From NCBI RefSeq assembly GCF_036802865.1, contig NZ_DAIRVK010000001.1, positions 667,341 to 731,340 of the forward strand: a stretch of DNA of 64,000 nucleotides, read 5' to 3'. Below, piece by piece: positions 60,481 through 64,000 of this stretch. The translations under genes were made by a program, and so were the position numbers. Origin of the DNA: Sulfurospirillum sp. (GTDB lineage Bacteria > Campylobacterota > Campylobacteria > Campylobacterales > Sulfurospirillaceae). Position 1 is the first letter of the stretch. Each line of letters starts with the position of its first letter. The notes below the pieces were generated by a model. The model searched no databases and was not told the origin of the DNA. It saw only the letters and a list, made by a program, of their open reading frames with translations.

Positions 60481-61281
60481 ATGATCATTGATACCCACTG
60501 CCACTTAGATGATGCTCGTTTTCGTGAGGATGTAGATGCTGTCATAGAAAAAGCATATAAGCAAGGCGTGCAGGGAATTATTATACCAGGGGCTGATATT
60601 GATGATTTAGGGTATGCTCAAGAGCTCTCTCATCGTTATGAACACATCTATTTTGCAGCAGGAATTCATCCGTATCATCACACACAGTATGACGAAAAAA
60701 TTCTAAGAGTTTTTTTACAAGACGAAAAATGTATTGCAGTCGGTGAATGTGGTTTGGATTATTTTAGATTGCCTGAAGATGCAGCAGAGAAAGCGGTTGA
60801 GAAAAAGACTCAACACGATATTTTTTCCAAACAAATTGCGCTTGCTAGAGAGTTTAAAAAGCCTTTAATCGTTCATATTCGTGATGCTAATGAAGACAGT
60901 AAACGTCTTTTAGTTCAAGGAGGAGCAGATGAAGTTGGAGGTGTTTTACATTGTTATAATGCGTCAGAACATCTTTTAGATTTGGCGCAGAGTGGCTTTT
61001 ACTTCGGTATTGGTGGCGTATTAACTTTCAAAAATGCGAAGCATTTGGTAGAAATTTTACCTCGCATTCCTCGTGATAAATTACTCATTGAAACCGATGC
61101 GCCCTACCTTACGCCTATGCCATACAGAGGTGAACGTAATGAGCCAGTGTACACACTTTTAGTTGCAGAAAAGATGGCTGAACTTTTAAATATGAGTGTC
61201 ACTGAACTTCACAATTTGACCTCAAAAAATGCTTTTACACTCTTTAAAGCTTTAGAAAAGATAAAGTTGGCTACAATCTAA
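60481..61281 (+). CDS. tatD: TatD-family metal-dependent hydrolase/DNase
   Basis: 266 aa. It contains IDTHCHLD, GECGLDY, VHIRDA, HCY and ETDAPYL. Confidence 0.93.
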   Translation: MIIDTHCHLDDARFREDVDAVIEKAYKQGVQGIIIPGADIDDLGYAQELSHRYEHIYFAAGIHPYHHTQYDEKILRVFLQDEKCIAVGECGLDYFRLPEDAAEKAVEKKTQHDIFSKQIALAREFKKPLIVHIRDANEDSKRLLVQGGADEVGGVLHCYNASEHLLDLAQSGFYFGIGGVLTFKNAKHLVEILPRIPRDKLLIETDAPYLTPMPYRGERNEPVYTLLVAEKMAELLNMSVTELHNLTSKNAFTLFKALEKIKLATI

Positions 61282-61307
61282 AGTAAATTAAGAGATAAAG
61301 GAGAGGC

Positions 61308-62552
61308 ATGTATAAGGTTTTTTTAACCCTTTTTCTTCTGTTTCAGAGTCTCCATGCGTTTTTAAACACCGATAATAACTACGACAAACAACTTACCGCC
61401 CTTAAAAATTTCGATCTTCCAAACACTTTTTTGAAAGATTCCATCTTTATTTCAATGAAAGAAGATGTTGAAGTTTATAAGACCAAACACTTTTTGCGTA
61501 CGTTAGAAAGTGGCGATCGTTTTGTGCCTATTTTGCAAAAAAAGATGCAAGAAGCAGGCGTTCCCACAGAGTTCTTATACCTAGCCATGACTGAATCCAG
61601 TTTTGATCCGTATTCATCTTCTCCTGCACGTGCTTCTGGCATTTGGCAGTTTATTCCTGAAACCGCGCGCCGCTATGGTTTAGTTGAGAATGCATATGTT
61701 GACGAACGACGTGATCCTGTCAAATCAACAGAAGCTGCGATTGCTTATCTTATGCGATTACATGACATGTTTGGTAAGTGGTATTTAGCAGCACTTGCAT
61801 ATAATTGTGGAGAAGGTGCTGTTACCAAAGCTATCGCAAAAGCTGGAACAGATGACATCAATGTTTTATTAGATGAAAATCAAAAATTCCTTCCAAAAGA
61901 GAGCAGACTTTATATTCGTAAAATTTTGATGATGAGTTTTGTCTCTGGTAGTACTGATATTATGCTTGACAATGGCTCTGAGTATTTGCTCAATCGTGCC
62001 AATAATGCTACTTTTGTAAAAGTTTCTGTTCAAAATGGTACGCATCTGAGAGATGTGGCTGAGAGTATTGGTATTTCCCAAAATGAGCTAAAATCATATA
62101 ATCCGCATCTTAAACATGCTTTTACTTCACCCATAGGGGATAAGAGCTATATTTACATCCCTCAAGACCGTCAAGTTGCCTTTAGTCAGAATTTTGATCA
62201 AACCAAACAACCTCAAAAATATGCTATTTACAGCACTCAAAAAGGTGATTCTCTTCAAAGTGTCGCTAAAAAATACGGCATGAGTTCACAATCTTTGATG
62301 GATCTTAATAATCTTAAAAGTGCAGCACTTAAACCTAAAATGGATATTGTTGTTCCTTTTGGTGTCAATGTTCCTGTCTCCGCACCTGTCGCAACTGTTG
62401 GCGTTGAAAAAATGTATGTTATTAAAGCAGGGGATACCATCGAAACAGTGTCTAAAAAATATGACATTCCTGTCGCACAATTGATTAAAGCAAATAAGAA
62501 AAAGAATGCACTTGTGAAAGTGGGAGAGAGTATTGTCATTCCAAAAAATTAG
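61308..62552 (+). CDS. Lytic transglycosylase (SLT domain) with C-terminal LysM repeats, MltD-like
   Basis: 414 aa with a signal peptide. The SLT catalytic region is AMTESSFDPYSSSPARASGIWQFIPETARRYGL ... AYNCGEG. LysM-like repeats are present (YSTQKGDSLQSVAKKYG, YVIKAGDTIETVSKKYD). Confidence 0.88.
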   Translation: MYKVFLTLFLLFQSLHAFLNTDNNYDKQLTALKNFDLPNTFLKDSIFISMKEDVEVYKTKHFLRTLESGDRFVPILQKKMQEAGVPTEFLYLAMTESSFDPYSSSPARASGIWQFIPETARRYGLVENAYVDERRDPVKSTEAAIAYLMRLHDMFGKWYLAALAYNCGEGAVTKAIAKAGTDDINVLLDENQKFLPKESRLYIRKILMMSFVSGSTDIMLDNGSEYLLNRANNATFVKVSVQNGTHLRDVAESIGISQNELKSYNPHLKHAFTSPIGDKSYIYIPQDRQVAFSQNFDQTKQPQKYAIYSTQKGDSLQSVAKKYGMSSQSLMDLNNLKSAALKPKMDIVVPFGVNVPVSAPVATVGVEKMYVIKAGDTIETVSKKYDIPVAQLIKANKKKNALVKVGESIVIPKN

Positions 62553-63333
62553 TGGATTAAGCCTTTGTGTTATGATGCTTTTCTCCTTTTACGGATGTGC
62601 TTCAAAAAACGATAGTCATGCTTATCGTGGTCCAAGACCGACTCCAACAATGGCGCCACCTGAAGGCAGTGGTAGTATTAATGATTCTGCTGCGATGCAC
62701 AGGGCTACGATGCGACCTTATACCATTGACGGTAAATCGTATACTCCAACGATGGTGAGTGTGGGGGATTATTTTAGTGGAATTTCCAGTTGGTATGGTA
62801 AAGATTTTCATGGTAAAAAAACTTCAAATGGTGAAGTTTATAATATGTATGACATGACTGCTGCACATAAGACACTTCCTATGAACACGATGCTGAAAGT
62901 CACCAATCTTAAAAACAATAAGAGCATTGTTGTTCGTGTTAATGACCGTGGACCTTTTGTAGGTACACGTATGATTGATCTTTCGTATACTGCAGCAACC
63001 CGTATCGATCTTGTTGCAAATGGAACAGGACCTGTCGGGATCGAAGTTATTGGTTTTGCAGGTGTTGTCGCCCCTGCAGGCGCACCTAAACAGAGTGTCG
63101 TAGAGACAGATTATCTCATTCAAATTGGCGCGTTTAGAAACAAAGAGGGTGCCACAAGGTTTGCTCAAAGCAATATGAATGTCAATAATCGCTACAATGC
63201 AATTATTAAAGAAGGCTCTTTTGAAAATGAGCCGATATACCGTGTATGGCTCAAAGGATTTGGCAGTGAAGCTGAAGCCTCTGACTTTATTGCAAAAGGG
63301 TCTTTTAAAGGCTCATTTATTGTAAGGGAATAG
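62533..63333 (+). CDS. rlpA: Septal-ring lytic transglycosylase RlpA (DPBB plus SPOR domains)
   Basis: 266 aa with a lipobox FYGC. The DPBB core is GISSWYGKDFHGKKTSNGEVYNMYDMTAAHKTLPMNTMLKVTNLKNNKSIVVRVNDRGPF. A C-terminal SPOR-like region contains IQIGAF ... YRV. Confidence 0.9.
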   Translation: MSFQKISGLSLCVMMLFSFYGCASKNDSHAYRGPRPTPTMAPPEGSGSINDSAAMHRATMRPYTIDGKSYTPTMVSVGDYFSGISSWYGKDFHGKKTSNGEVYNMYDMTAAHKTLPMNTMLKVTNLKNNKSIVVRVNDRGPFVGTRMIDLSYTAATRIDLVANGTGPVGIEVIGFAGVVAPAGAPKQSVVETDYLIQIGAFRNKEGATRFAQSNMNVNNRYNAIIKEGSFENEPIYRVWLKGFGSEAEASDFIAKGSFKGSFIVRE

Positions 63334-63334
63334 T

Positions 63335-63907
63335 ATGCAGACATTACAAAGAAATACGAAAGAGACACAAATCAGTGTTGCATTAGACATCAATGGTACA
63401 GGTCAAGCAAAAATTGAAACGGGGATTGGTTTTTTTGACCATATGCTCGAAGCATTTGCAAAGCACTCACTCATTGATTTAACGCTTACCTGTAAAGGTG
63501 ATACACACATTGATTTTCACCACAGTGTTGAAGATGTTGGCATTGTTTTGGGTCAAGCGCTTCGTGCTTCTTTGTACCCCATTTCTGGCGTTGAGCGCTA
63601 TGGCAATGCAGTTGTCGTCATGGATGAAGCTGCTGTTGAGTGTGCTTTAGATCTTAGCAACCGCCCTTACTTGGTGTATGAGATTGAGATGGAAGGTAAA
63701 GTAGGGGAGTTCGATGTAGAACTTGCTGAAGAGTTTTTTAGAGCTGTTATGAGTAATGCGGGCATTAGCGCTCATATTGTATCACGCCGTGGTAAAAACA
63801 AACACCATCTTTTAGAGGCTGCTTTTAAAGCATTTGCTGTGGCATTGCGTCGAAGTTTGGTCAAAAATGAGCGTATGGGAATCCCCAGTACAAAGGGTGT
63901 ATTGTAA
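63335..63907 (+). CDS. hisB: Imidazoleglycerol-phosphate dehydratase
   Basis: 190 aa. It contains RNTKETQI, GIGFFDHML, D.HH..ED and KN.HH..EA.FKA. Confidence 0.96.
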   Translation: MQTLQRNTKETQISVALDINGTGQAKIETGIGFFDHMLEAFAKHSLIDLTLTCKGDTHIDFHHSVEDVGIVLGQALRASLYPISGVERYGNAVVVMDEAAVECALDLSNRPYLVYEIEMEGKVGEFDVELAEEFFRAVMSNAGISAHIVSRRGKNKHHLLEAAFKAFAVALRRSLVKNERMGIPSTKGVL

Positions 63908-64000
63908 TGATTGAATTATTGGTATTTGATGTCGACGGCTGTCTAACGGATGGTGGCATTATGTATGGCAACAGTGATGCAGAAGAGTTTAAAACTTTTC
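63907..64000 (+). CDS. kdsC: KdsC-like HAD phosphatase (KDO 8-P phosphatase); the 3' end lies outside the window
   Basis: The partial translation MIELLVFDVDGCLTDGGIMYGNSDAEEFKTF has HAD motif I (DVDGCLTDG), as in KdsC. The ATG overlaps the hisB stop (TAATG). Confidence 0.65.
   Translation, partial: MIELLVFDVDGCLTDGGIMYGNSDAEEFKTF

Overview
This 64-kb window is a chromosomal segment of roughly 40% GC by eye. Gene content and synteny look like Campylobacterota (Epsilonproteobacteria), possibly Sulfurospirillum- or Arcobacter-like; that taxon call is inference only. I support about 57 protein-coding genes and one tRNA, and I found no rRNA, IS element, integrase or CRISPR array.

Most of the window is housekeeping: efp, dnaE, kup, rodA, rluD, trmB, ftsE/ftsX plus an M23 EnvC-like gene, pyrH, rpoZ, spoT, tyrS, amiA, adk, aspS, nadK, recN, lctP, tatD, an mltD-like gene, rlpA, hisB and the start of kdsC.

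Signalling genes are dense:
- three MCP chemoreceptors
- one Aer/CetB-like PAS protein
- three GGDEF proteins
- one orphan PAS histidine kinase

There is one complete RND efflux operon (adaptor, pump, outer-membrane factor) and a second RND pump that is split into two ORFs at the window start.

Observations worth a second look:
1. A strongly over-represented palindrome, (T)TTTACATGTAAA(A). It occurs in intergenic gaps, where it often forms terminator-like hairpins, and inside genes in two different reading frames.
2. A MutS-family ATPase fused to a C-terminal HNH nuclease (MutS7-like).
3. An AT-rich orphan RES-domain (NAD-targeting toxin-like) gene.
4. An XRE regulator whose stop overlaps (ATGA) the start of a 55-codon ORF that is too short for the ORF track. 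A very AT-rich region with an 18-bp perfect palindrome lies upstream.
5. A Ser-rich FlxA-like coiled-coil gene with a sigma28-type -10 box, bracketed by hairpins built from the palindrome.
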